The translations under genes were made by a program, and so were the position numbers. The notes beneath the pieces were generated by a model. It was not told the origin of the DNA, did not search any database, and saw only the letters and a program-made list of their open reading frames with translations. From positions 2,240,001-2,304,000 of the forward strand of contig OZ255842.1 in assembly GCA_965277805.1 (NCBI GenBank): DNA of 64,000 nucleotides. The letters run 5' to 3'. This document shows, in pieces, positions 39,376 through 48,254 of this stretch. Every line of letters begins with the position of its first letter. Positions within the stretch are counted from its first letter, which is position 1. The DNA is from Candidatus Lustribacter sp. (GTDB lineage: Bacteria > Vulcanimicrobiota > Vulcanimicrobiia > Vulcanimicrobiales > Vulcanimicrobiaceae).

Positions 39376-40159
39376 AGTCGTGATCCGGATGGTTGACGGC
39401 GCCGACACGCCAGTAACCACGGGTGACGATGCGCTCCTTATCGAGGCCCGAGCGTTCGACGATCGTTCCGCGCAAACGCCGCATCGCGATCGCTTCACAG
39501 CCCACGTAGACGCGGCCGGCGCCCGCCGGCCACGCGAACTTCTCGAGCTCGGCGAACAGTGCCGAGCCCGGCCCGCTGTCATCGCGCACGACCCAACGGA
39601 TGTCGTTGCCGGGTGCGCCCGGCAGCGGCCGCTCCTCATCGGCAGTGAGCATCTCGATGAACGCGGTGACCTTGACGCTCGCCGGTAATACCTCAAGCAG
39701 CGTCTCGAGCGCCGGCAGCGCCGTCTCGTCGACCGCGAACACATACCAGGCGGCGGTTTCGTCGACTTCATAGCCGCGCGCGGGCCCGAGCAACACGAGT
39801 TCCTGACCCCGTTGCGCCTGCATCGCCCAGGTCGAACCCGGACCGTCTCCGTGCAGTACGAAATCGACCTCGAGGCGTTGCGTTTGCGGATCGAAACGGC
39901 GCGGCGTATACGTGCGCGTGGTCGTCCGCCGCGGACCGTCCGGATCGTACGGCGGCACATTAGTTTGCCCCGGCTCCGGGAAGATCAGCTTCAAATGCGC
40001 GGCGGGACCGGACCACACGAAGCCCGCCAATTCTTGGCCTTCAAACGTAATGCGCCGAACCCGCGGGCTCAGGCGCTGCACGCCCGCAACGCTGATCCGG
40101 CGCGGCGTGCGCGGTTTGCGCTTGCGGGGCGAAGGCGCGGTTGATGTCGTTGTTTCCAA
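39362..40159 (-). CDS. siderophore-interacting protein (ViuB/FNR-like FAD-binding reductase)
   Basis: HLKLIFP, RTYTPR, DFVLHG.GP.S.WA, DETALPA, GYWR. Confidence 0.9.
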   Translation of the reverse strand: METTTSTAPSPRKRKPRTPRRISVAGVQRLSPRVRRITFEGQELAGFVWSGPAAHLKLIFPEPGQTNVPPYDPDGPRRTTTRTYTPRRFDPQTQRLEVDFVLHGDGPGSTWAMQAQRGQELVLLGPARGYEVDETAAWYVFAVDETALPALETLLEVLPASVKVTAFIEMLTADEERPLPGAPGNDIRWVVRDDSGPGSALFAELEKFAWPAGAGRVYVGCEAIAMRRLRGTIVERSGLDKERIVTRGYWRVGAVNHPDHDYAND

Positions 40160-40168
40160 GAAAGTCTC

Positions 40169-42355
40169 CTAAGCCAAGACGAGCCGGATGTCGTGTAAAT
40201 CCGGACTTTCCTTGCGGGACACGTCGACCGCATGCAGACGTCCGCAGGCGGGGCACGCGTAGGCACGTCCCTCCATCGCCTCGTTGATCTTCAAGCCCAT
40301 GCCGAGCTGATCGGCCGGAATGATCTTCCGTCCTGCGAACTCGCGCCAATTGTCCCGTGCGTGTGCGAGCGTATGCCCGCAGTTGCAGCGCGTCCAATAG
40401 TCGCCGGCCGCATCGCGGTCGACCTGCATGCGATCCCCGAGCGGCGCCACGCGTACGAGGTCGCCGGCCGGCTTCGCATCGAGCGTCTTCTTCCGCGGCC
40501 AAGCCTTGCGCTCGGCATGGATCTTCGCGCGCGATTCATCCGAACGCGCTGTATCGAGCGTTCCGTCGGCGCTCAGCACGCAGCCGTACAGCCGTTCCGC
40601 AGCCGCCGCTGAAATCGCGCCCGCGAGCAGGTCACGCTGCACTTCGGCGACAGGCCGGTCGAGCGGATCGCCCCAACCCGCACCGGTCGGCGGATTCGCG
40701 CGGACGACGTCGGTGGCATCCAGCAGCATATTCATCGAGCGATCTGCGGGATCAATCCACTCGCCCTTCAGATCGCCGAAATCCGGAACCTGACCCGATT
40801 TGAGCCGCTCGAGCACGTCGGTGTGCCGAATGAGATCGTGCCCGGTTTCCGAGCCCGGATAGCCGCCGAAGAGACCCAGCGAGTCGGGCGTCTTCCACTC
40901 CTGATTGATGTACTGAAACGTCGCTTGGGCTTTGTGCGGTGCGTAGACGCCAAGCAAGCTCAGGCCGCCGCGATGGCTGCCGGCGCCGCCGCTGTCCGTC
41001 GCCCAGCCGCGCCGCAGATACAAGATCGGGTAGTCGAGTTCGAGCACCTCGGCGTTGCTGATCAGCGTGCGCTCCATGCCGTGGTGACCTTGCGTCGAGA
41101 CACCGTCGTGATCGGCATACGCACCGCCGCCCGACGCGATGACGTCGTACGTGCGCCCGCGGTAGCGTTCGCCGTGCTGGTTCATTCCGAAGAAGGCCAG
41201 CGTGCGCGGGCGTCCGCACGGCGCGGCCTGCGCCTCGCCCAGTAACGTGTCCGAGCACGCGACGATCCGCGATACGGCGATGAGCGTCGCGACTTCTGAT
41301 TCCCACACGGCGCCCGCGATGTTGCCGCTGACGGCGGCCGGACGCTTCGCGTTGCAAATACGGCCTTCGGGGCAAATGATCTCGAGCGGACGGAACAAGC
41401 CTTCGTTCCATGGGATGCCGAAGGCGAGCGTCGGCAAGAGCGCCGCCGCAACGCCGGCCTTGAGACCGCCCAGCGTACAGTTGATCGCGCTGCCGACTTG
41501 GGCCGTCGACCCGGAGAAATCCAAGTGCAAACGGTCGCCCTCTTTGCGCAGCGCGACGTGAACCTCGGGAACCTCCCCGCGCTGGGGATCGAATTCCATA
41601 TATCCGGAACCGGTCACGAGACCGTCGGGTAGTTCCATGATCCGGCGCCGAAAGCGCGCTTCGGATGACGAGATCAACCGCGCCATCGCGATCTGCAGCA
41701 GATCGGCGCCGTAACGTCGGACCAGGTTCTGAAGCCCGTCGCGCGCGGCGAGGTTGGAGGCGATCAAGCCGCGCAAATCGAGGCTCATCGTCGCCGGGTG
41801 GCGGCTGTTGTTGGTGATGAAATGCAGCAGATCGTTGCGAACGCGGCCGCCTTCCACGATCTTGATGGGCGGGATCTGCATGCCTTCCTGATAGCACTCG
41901 ACGGCCGCTTGCACGAGGCTGCCCTCCGCCATTCCGCCGATGTCCGACATGTGCATGATCGCGCCGGCCCACAACACCAGCCGGCCGTCGATGTGCAAGG
42001 GCGCGAGCATGGCGACGTCGGGTGCGTGCAGCGAGCCCTTCCAAGGGTCGTTGACGATGAACATGTCGCCTTCGTTGATCCCGGGATCGACCGCGCAGTC
42101 TGCGATCACCGCGCGCACCATCTCAGCCATACAGGCGGAGTGGTGCAGCGAGGTGTGCCCCATAGCCGCGACCGATCCGTCGGCGAGATACAAACCGACG
42201 TTGAAGTCGGACATTTCGGTCACTTGCTTCGAGCCCGAGATCGTCATCAAACGCGCGGCTTGTTCGCTCGTGATGCCGTGCAGCCGATGCCGGATGACCT
42301 CGAAGGCAACCGGGTCGATGACCTCGTCTTCGCGGACCTTCTCAAATGTCGTCAC
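40169..42355 (-). CDS. hydantoinase B/oxoprolinase subunit + acetone-carboxylase-gamma-like domain (#3)
   Basis: NDPWKGSLHAPD, HMSDIGG, CNCGH..DNWR..CPACG. Confidence 0.9.
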   Translation of the reverse strand: MTTFEKVREDEVIDPVAFEVIRHRLHGITSEQAARLMTISGSKQVTEMSDFNVGLYLADGSVAAMGHTSLHHSACMAEMVRAVIADCAVDPGINEGDMFIVNDPWKGSLHAPDVAMLAPLHIDGRLVLWAGAIMHMSDIGGMAEGSLVQAAVECYQEGMQIPPIKIVEGGRVRNDLLHFITNNSRHPATMSLDLRGLIASNLAARDGLQNLVRRYGADLLQIAMARLISSSEARFRRRIMELPDGLVTGSGYMEFDPQRGEVPEVHVALRKEGDRLHLDFSGSTAQVGSAINCTLGGLKAGVAAALLPTLAFGIPWNEGLFRPLEIICPEGRICNAKRPAAVSGNIAGAVWESEVATLIAVSRIVACSDTLLGEAQAAPCGRPRTLAFFGMNQHGERYRGRTYDVIASGGGAYADHDGVSTQGHHGMERTLISNAEVLELDYPILYLRRGWATDSGGAGSHRGGLSLLGVYAPHKAQATFQYINQEWKTPDSLGLFGGYPGSETGHDLIRHTDVLERLKSGQVPDFGDLKGEWIDPADRSMNMLLDATDVVRANPPTGAGWGDPLDRPVAEVQRDLLAGAISAAAAERLYGCVLSADGTLDTARSDESRAKIHAERKAWPRKKTLDAKPAGDLVRVAPLGDRMQVDRDAAGDYWTRCNCGHTLAHARDNWREFAGRKIIPADQLGMGLKINEAMEGRAYACPACGRLHAVDVSRKESPDLHDIRLVLA

Positions 42356-42369
42356 GTTGGATTCCTATG

Positions 42370-43398
42370 CTAGTGCGAGAACAGCGACGGGGTCTTGATC
42401 GCTTTGTCCAGATATGAGAAATCGATCACGCTGTGATAGTCCCAGGCTGGATTGGAGATGATTTGCTCGTCCTTGAGCACTTGAATGGCATTGGCAAACG
42501 CTTTCGGATCGAGCCTGGCATCGACCGGTGGCGTATTGCCGCGGAACGGTCCGGCGGCATAATACTCATACGCATCGGTGGCTGCGGCGACGCTGAGCGG
42601 ACCGCCCTTCGCCAGCAGGTCGATCGCTTGCGCACGATTCTTTGGATCGAGGATGTAGTCACAACCCTTGGCCAGCGCGCCCATGAAGCGCACGGCGGTA
42701 TCAGGATTCGCCTTGAGCCAATTGCGGGTCGACATCACCAAGCCGTTGTTATACAGCTTCTGGCTCGCGCCGAAATGGGTCAGGGTGTGCATGCCGTTGA
42801 AATCGCCGCGATCGACGGGGTCGTTGATGTACGCGGCTGCAGCTTGGCCGCTCACGACCGCCGCGAGCCGGCCGGTGCTGGCACCGCCGATGTAGAGCGG
42901 CTTCCATTTGTCCTTGCCGACGTACCCGTTGATGAGCGCCGTACCGATCGCCTCGTTCGACGTGTTGTGCGCGGGCAGTGCGATCGTCTTCCCCACCAGC
43001 TGAGCGGGCGAGGTTATCGACGGCGGCGAGATTAGCGAAACCGGCGAACCTTCGCTGCTGCCCAACACGACGAGCTGGTCGCTCTGACCGTTCGCCGCCG
43101 GAATGACCGAGGCCGCGCCGGCCGTGACGATGTCGGCTTGCCCGCTGGTCAGTGCGCTGACGATCGCCGGATCGCCGTAAAGCACGACCGAGTTCCCGAT
43201 GCGGATCCCGGCCTTCGCGAAATAGTTCCCTTGCTGCGCGCCGTAGATGCACCACGAGCCCAGTGTCGAGCCGTAGGTCGCGATGTTGACGGTCTTCAAA
43301 TCGGGAGCTGCGTTCGTCTGCGCGACCGTCGCGGAATCCATGGAACCGAGTAACGTCAACGACACGGCGCCGCACAGCAACATCCGGGCAGTAATCAT
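42370..43398 (-). CDS. ABC substrate-binding protein, paralog of 23934-24974
   Basis: Signal peptide, VLYGD, QLVGKTI, GNTPPVDARLD. Confidence 0.85.
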   Translation of the reverse strand: MITARMLLCGAVSLTLLGSMDSATVAQTNAAPDLKTVNIATYGSTLGSWCIYGAQQGNYFAKAGIRIGNSVVLYGDPAIVSALTSGQADIVTAGAASVIPAANGQSDQLVVLGSSEGSPVSLISPPSITSPAQLVGKTIALPAHNTSNEAIGTALINGYVGKDKWKPLYIGGASTGRLAAVVSGQAAAAYINDPVDRGDFNGMHTLTHFGASQKLYNNGLVMSTRNWLKANPDTAVRFMGALAKGCDYILDPKNRAQAIDLLAKGGPLSVAAATDAYEYYAAGPFRGNTPPVDARLDPKAFANAIQVLKDEQIISNPAWDYHSVIDFSYLDKAIKTPSLFSH

Positions 43399-43434
43399 GT
43401 CTTCGCCCCTTCACCAGGAGAGTATGCGTTTCCA

Positions 43435-43451
43435 TTAAAACTGAATTTCGT
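43435..43451 (+). promoter_or_regulatory. operator-like motif TTAAAACTGAATTTCGT
   Basis: In the SBP/RidA divergent gap; matches four other copies. Confidence 0.55.
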
Positions 43452-43486
43452 TATTCCTCCGAATTACCGTGACTGGAGAACGCGCG

Positions 43487-43891
43487 ATGTCAACTACCAG
43501 CGCAAAAACGCTGATTCCCGGACCCGAGGGCAAAACGATCCGCGGCGGCAACTGCTACGGCGTCAAGGCCGGCGGCTTTCTCTTTCTGTCGGCCGTGCGC
43601 GGCACGTTGCCGAACGACGGCGGCGTGCCGTCCGATCTCGAGGAACAAGCGCGTCAGCTCTTCCGCAACATCCAAGACACGCTCAAGCAATCCGGTGCGA
43701 CGATGGATCAGGTCGTCAAGATGGCTGTCTACATGATCGATCTTGAAAACGACCGTCCGGTCTTCAACAAGGCCTGGAAAGAGTTTTTCGGCGATCAGCC
43801 GCCGGCGCGCTTCGCGGTCCAGGTGACGGGCATCGGCAATCCCGGCGACGGCAGCCGTTTCCTCTGTGACGTTACGGCGCTGGCTCCGTAG
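43487..43891 (+). CDS. RidA-family protein
   Basis: GFLFLS, EQARQ..RN, FNKAW..FF...PPARFAVQV; GGAG RBS. Confidence 0.87.
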   Translation: MSTTSAKTLIPGPEGKTIRGGNCYGVKAGGFLFLSAVRGTLPNDGGVPSDLEEQARQLFRNIQDTLKQSGATMDQVVKMAVYMIDLENDRPVFNKAWKEFFGDQPPARFAVQVTGIGNPGDGSRFLCDVTALAP

Positions 43892-43903
43892 CAACGCGCA
43901 GGG

Positions 43904-44998
43904 CTAGAGCGTGAGCTGTGGCGTGACGCCGTGCTTCTTCATCTCCTCGAGCCAGAGCGCGTGGATACGCGGATCCTGATCCGCGTATTCGATTTGCCCA
44001 CCACCGTCGCGCACGCTGGTGGCGAGGGCGCCCTGCCCCTCGGCGTCACCTTGCGAGGAGAGCTGCGAATCAGTTAGCGGGTAGCGCACGTTGCTGACGC
44101 CCGCTGCAATGTAGCGCGAGGGGTAGTTGCTCGTTACGAAGTGCTGGTGGAACTGGCCCTCGATGGGCGGAAAGACGACCCCGGGCTTCCAATCGACGCG
44201 CGTGAATTCGGTTTCGCCCGCGAACCACAGCAGCGAATACCCCGTACCCGTCACTGTGAAGACGTGCCGGCCGGCGCCGTGCCGGTGCGCTTTCTTGTAC
44301 GTTCCCGCTTGGATTTCCGAACAGTGAACGTGCATGTTTCCGTCGGCCAGAATGAAAACGATATTGGACGATCCCGTGCCGCGCTCGTTCCAAGCGTGCA
44401 ACTCGATCGACGCCAGATCAGGGATGAAATTCGTTTCCCAGAAATTCCAACCGGGGCGGCCGGTGAAGAGTTCGCCGCCGCCGTCGTAGTCTTTGTCCTC
44501 GCCGATGCGTGCGCGGAAAAAATGCGGGTTGTCGAAGATGAAGGCATCGTCGTGAAAGAGCTTCATCATCAGCGGCAGCGACGTCGTCGAGGCGATGACG
44601 GCCCGGTTCCTGCCGTCGCCGTTGTGCAGCCGGTACGTCGCGTTCAGCGGAATCGCAAACATGCTGTTGTGTTGCCATTCGAAGCTGTGTTTGCGCCCAT
44701 TGGGAAACTCCACCTGAGCGCTGCCGCGGCCTGCCACGACGTACATCACCTCTTCGTAGAGATGGCGCTGCGGTTCGGTCGACGCCCCGGGCGGCAAATC
44801 GATCAGGAAAAGATTGCAGAAATCGCCGCGCCCGCGCAAATGCACCGCCGCCGCGTTGGCACCCAAACGCGGCCAGTGTTTGGTTTCCACGTCCAGCAAC
44901 TCGCACGAGATGCCTTCGTGAACGATGAGACCCTCGCGCGCCACCCACTCATTGTACGGGTTGATCCCGACCCGCACGCTCTTGCCGTCCGTTGCCAT
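43904..44998 (-). CDS. bicupin protein (gentisate 1,2-dioxygenase-like fold)
   Basis: QRHLYEEV.YV..GRG and KKAHRH..G.G.S..FHQHF cupin motifs. Confidence 0.8.
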   Translation of the reverse strand: MATDGKSVRVGINPYNEWVAREGLIVHEGISCELLDVETKHWPRLGANAAAVHLRGRGDFCNLFLIDLPPGASTEPQRHLYEEVMYVVAGRGSAQVEFPNGRKHSFEWQHNSMFAIPLNATYRLHNGDGRNRAVIASTTSLPLMMKLFHDDAFIFDNPHFFRARIGEDKDYDGGGELFTGRPGWNFWETNFIPDLASIELHAWNERGTGSSNIVFILADGNMHVHCSEIQAGTYKKAHRHGAGRHVFTVTGTGYSLLWFAGETEFTRVDWKPGVVFPPIEGQFHQHFVTSNYPSRYIAAGVSNVRYPLTDSQLSSQGDAEGQGALATSVRDGGGQIEYADQDPRIHALWLEEMKKHGVTPQLTL

Positions 44999-47103
44999 CA
45001 GCGTTCGCGGATGATGACGTTGCCGCCGTCATCTCCGAGCGCCGTCTGATTCGGACCGATGACCACGGTGGTGCCGAAGAACTCGAGAATCGCCGGACCC
45101 TCGATCGGCACGCGGGCGGGCACAGCTTCACCGCGATAGATGGCCGTTGCGACCATCTCTTTCTCGAACATCACGTCGCGCGATCCGAGCAGCGCTTTCT
45201 GCAGCGTCGCGCCGGCCTCGCGATTCGAACCGGACGGCGCATGCAGCGATGGGATGCGGCCTTCGACGCGGAACGTGTTGACCTCGATGCCGGCCTCGGC
45301 GAGGCTCGTTCCTTGACCGTAGATCCGTTCGTAGCGCGCATAGAATTCCGGCACCAGGGCATCGAGGTCGCTGCGTTCGAGTATGCCGCCCGGAACGGGC
45401 ACGGCAAGCTCGTGTACTTGGCGCCGGAAACGGAAGTACAGCGTGCGCTTGAGCACGAGGTGCGGGCTGTCGTGCATCGCTTCGCGGCAGCGCTGCTCGA
45501 GCGCTTCGAACGTGGCGTTGATGCGCGCCAGGTCGAGGTGCTCGGCGGCGTTGCGCGAGCCCGGCGGCGTGTGCTGCGGATCGCTGCGCTGGAAACTTCG
45601 AAAACGATCCGACGACACGGCTCCGAAACCCGAATGCACCGTTGCCGTGTGCGGCACGACGACGGTCCGGATGCCGGCCTCGCGCGCTATGGCATAGCCG
45701 TGCGTCGGTCCCGCTCCGCCATAGGCGAACATCACGAAATCGCGCGGGTCGTAGCCCTGTTGAATCGTCACGGCGCGCACGAGGTCGGCCATCTGGTTTT
45801 CGGCCACGGCGCGAATACCTGACGCCGCTTCCAGCAACGAGAGGCCCAGCGGTTCGGCGATGTACTCGCGGATCGCTTGCTCGGCGAGCTCGCGATAGAG
45901 TGGAATGCGCCCGCCGAGAAAATATTTCGGATCGATGATGCCGAGCACGACGTCGGCGTCGGTCACGGTCGGCCGACTTCCGCCCGCGCCGTAGCACGCG
46001 GGTCCCGGCACGGCGCCGGCGCTTTCCGGTCCCACAATCAGCACGCCGTCGTCGTCGACCGAAGCGATGCTCCCGCCGCCTGCACCGATCGCGGTGATGC
46101 GAATGCGCGGCGAGGCGATGTGGTAATTGCCGGTGATGCTTTGCGTCGCGACGAGCGGTTCGCCGTCGACGATGAGCGCGGCATCGAAACTCGTGCCGCC
46201 CATGTCGCCGGTGATGACGTTGGGAAAGCCGAGCTTGCGGGCCAGCGCCGCCGATGCCAGCACGCCGCCGGCCGGACCGGAAACCATCAGCTCGACCGCC
46301 CGCGCTCCGGCCTCCGCCGCTTCGACCACGCCGCCGGCCGAGTCCATGACCGTGAAATCGCCATGAAAACCGTTCGCACGCAGCCGGTTTTCGAGCAACT
46401 CTACGTAGCGCCGAATGATCGGGCCTAGGTATGAGTTGACCACGGTCGTCACCGTGCGCTCGTACTCGCCGATCACCGGTGCGATTTCGCTCGAGAGCGT
46501 GATGAAGACGTCGGGGCACTCTTCGCGGATGATGCGCGCGGCCTGCTGCTCGTGATCGGGCCGCACGAACGCCCAGAGGAAGCAAATCGAGACCGCGCCG
46601 ATGCCTTCGTCGCGAATGCGCTTGGCCGCGGCACGAATCTGATCGGCCTGCAGCGGTACGATCTCATCACCTTCCCAATCGACGCGTTCATCGATCTCGA
46701 TGATGTCTTCGCGCGGCACGATCGGCAGCGGATTGCGGCGCTCGCTGTAGTGGTCGGAGCGATTACCGATTCCGGTCCACGAACCCATCGCCCGCTGGAC
46801 GAAGATCGTTTCCCCAAAACCGCGCGTGGTAAGCAACAGCGTACGCTCGCCCTTGCGTTCGATGTAGGCGTTCGTCGCCGCGGTCGTCCCATGGGCGAAG
46901 TAGTCGACGCTGCCCGTAAATTCTTCGAGCGTCATTCCGAACTCGGCCGCCGCCAATTTGAAGCCTTCGATGACCGCGAGGCTGCGGTCTTGCGGCGTGG
47001 TCGGCACCTTGAAGAGGCGCAGCGCGCCGGCACCATCGAGCACCACCATATCGGTGAACGTGCCGCCGATATCGGTCCCGACGGCAAAACGAGAATCGGT
47101 CAT
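44998..47103 (-). CDS. hydantoinase A/oxoprolinase-family subunit (#2)
   Basis: Same motifs as #1, with long identical stretches. Confidence 0.94.
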   Translation of the reverse strand: MTDSRFAVGTDIGGTFTDMVVLDGAGALRLFKVPTTPQDRSLAVIEGFKLAAAEFGMTLEEFTGSVDYFAHGTTAATNAYIERKGERTLLLTTRGFGETIFVQRAMGSWTGIGNRSDHYSERRNPLPIVPREDIIEIDERVDWEGDEIVPLQADQIRAAAKRIRDEGIGAVSICFLWAFVRPDHEQQAARIIREECPDVFITLSSEIAPVIGEYERTVTTVVNSYLGPIIRRYVELLENRLRANGFHGDFTVMDSAGGVVEAAEAGARAVELMVSGPAGGVLASAALARKLGFPNVITGDMGGTSFDAALIVDGEPLVATQSITGNYHIASPRIRITAIGAGGGSIASVDDDGVLIVGPESAGAVPGPACYGAGGSRPTVTDADVVLGIIDPKYFLGGRIPLYRELAEQAIREYIAEPLGLSLLEAASGIRAVAENQMADLVRAVTIQQGYDPRDFVMFAYGGAGPTHGYAIAREAGIRTVVVPHTATVHSGFGAVSSDRFRSFQRSDPQHTPPGSRNAAEHLDLARINATFEALEQRCREAMHDSPHLVLKRTLYFRFRRQVHELAVPVPGGILERSDLDALVPEFYARYERIYGQGTSLAEAGIEVNTFRVEGRIPSLHAPSGSNREAGATLQKALLGSRDVMFEKEMVATAIYRGEAVPARVPIEGPAILEFFGTTVVIGPNQTALGDDGGNVIIRER

Positions 47104-48179
47104 CGCACCCCTGCCAAGGCCGGCGGGAACACCGCAAACGCCTTGGTCGAATTGAAGATATAGGATTCGCAGAAGTCGGTGAAGCTTGGCACCTGACCGA
47201 TTTCAGTCATCGCCCCGGCTAAGCAAATCCAGTTGAGCATCTCGTGCTGGCCCGAGCCTTCCAAATCGCTGATGCCGAGTTTGCCCCAATTCTCGATACG
47301 ATTCGTCTTGAGTTCGTCGTAGTGGATGCGATCCGAGGCGATGTCGGGATAGAGGCGCTGATGCTTCTTGGTCAACGAGCCGTGCGACCAGCTCGAGCTC
47401 GCCACGAGCGCGACCCGGTAGGGGCTTTCTTTGAAGAACCGTGCGGTAATTTGCCCCACTTCGAAACAGCGGCGCGGGCTCGGCGCAGGCGGGCTCAGTT
47501 CGCCCGTGCCTTCGCCGACGAGCGAAGCCGACGTCGTCATCAGCTCGTTGCCGTAGCAGTTGACGTGAAACGGCACCAGTGGAAACGGAAAGCCTTGCTG
47601 GTCGTAGTCGAGATACAAAACCGAATTGGCAAACGAATGCGGCAAGCCGCGCTCGTAGCGCATCTGCATCGAGTAGGCAATGTCGACGCCTTGGTCGAGC
47701 AGATGGCGGGCCAGTTGCGTGCCGGCTTTCTTATGCGAGCGCACCGGGATCGTGTAGTCGGCCGGCAGCCCCCAGGCATTGGTGGCCGTGCGAAATGCGC
47801 CGGTTTCCAAATCGGCCAGCGGCTGACACTTCATGTCGTCGACAAGAAAGATGCAGAACGCAGGGATGCAGTCTTTCTTAAAGTTTTCGTACTGGTCGTC
47901 GCCCCACATGACGATGAAATCCGGCGCGAACGCGTCGAGTTCGGCACGCAAGCGGCGGTAGCCGGCGATCAGTTTCTCGTGGTGCTTGCGCGCGGCCGTC
48001 TGCCCGTCGTCTTGACCCCACTCCGTGCGCATCTCCTCGGGCCAACGGCTGCGGTCGTCAAAGAGGTCGCGCGGAATGCGCCCCCGCTCGACCTGCGTTT
48101 GAAGATGACGCGGCCAAAACTCCGCCGGTACGGCCGGGCCGGGATAGTGACTCAGGCCGAGCCCCAGAATTTCGCCCAT
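47100..48179 (-). CDS. LigB-like (class III extradiol dioxygenase fold) protein
   Basis: GLGLSHYP, PDFIVMWGDDQYENF, PHSF, VASSSWSH, GQHEMLNW. Confidence 0.8.
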   Translation of the reverse strand: MGEILGLGLSHYPGPAVPAEFWPRHLQTQVERGRIPRDLFDDRSRWPEEMRTEWGQDDGQTAARKHHEKLIAGYRRLRAELDAFAPDFIVMWGDDQYENFKKDCIPAFCIFLVDDMKCQPLADLETGAFRTATNAWGLPADYTIPVRSHKKAGTQLARHLLDQGVDIAYSMQMRYERGLPHSFANSVLYLDYDQQGFPFPLVPFHVNCYGNELMTTSASLVGEGTGELSPPAPSPRRCFEVGQITARFFKESPYRVALVASSSWSHGSLTKKHQRLYPDIASDRIHYDELKTNRIENWGKLGISDLEGSGQHEMLNWICLAGAMTEIGQVPSFTDFCESYIFNSTKAFAVFPPALAGVR

Positions 48180-48200
48180 CGAAGACTCCTACGCTGAAAG

Positions 48201-48246
48201 ACAAAATTTGATTTTAATTGTAGAATCGACGCGGGCGCGGCGTCAA
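48201..48246 (-). promoter_or_regulatory. promoter TTGACG-N18-TACAAT followed by operator-like TTAAAATCAAATTTTGT (48217-48201)
   Basis: Near-consensus -35/-10 on the minus strand upstream of the LigB-like gene; AAAAT-N3-ATTTT palindrome. Confidence 0.72.
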
Positions 48247-48254
48247 CCTGTCGC

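Noticed and set aside
39376-39960. 195-aa N-terminal extension making hydantoinase A an 898-aa fusion
   Set aside because: Overlaps the SIP gene in another frame; the paralog at 47103 starts right before GTDIGG
25926-47103. Calling the cluster acetone carboxylase (acxABC), acetophenone carboxylase (apc) or 5-oxoprolinase
   Set aside because: Family motifs only; stoichiometry, fusion and context differ, and the substrate cannot be read from sequence
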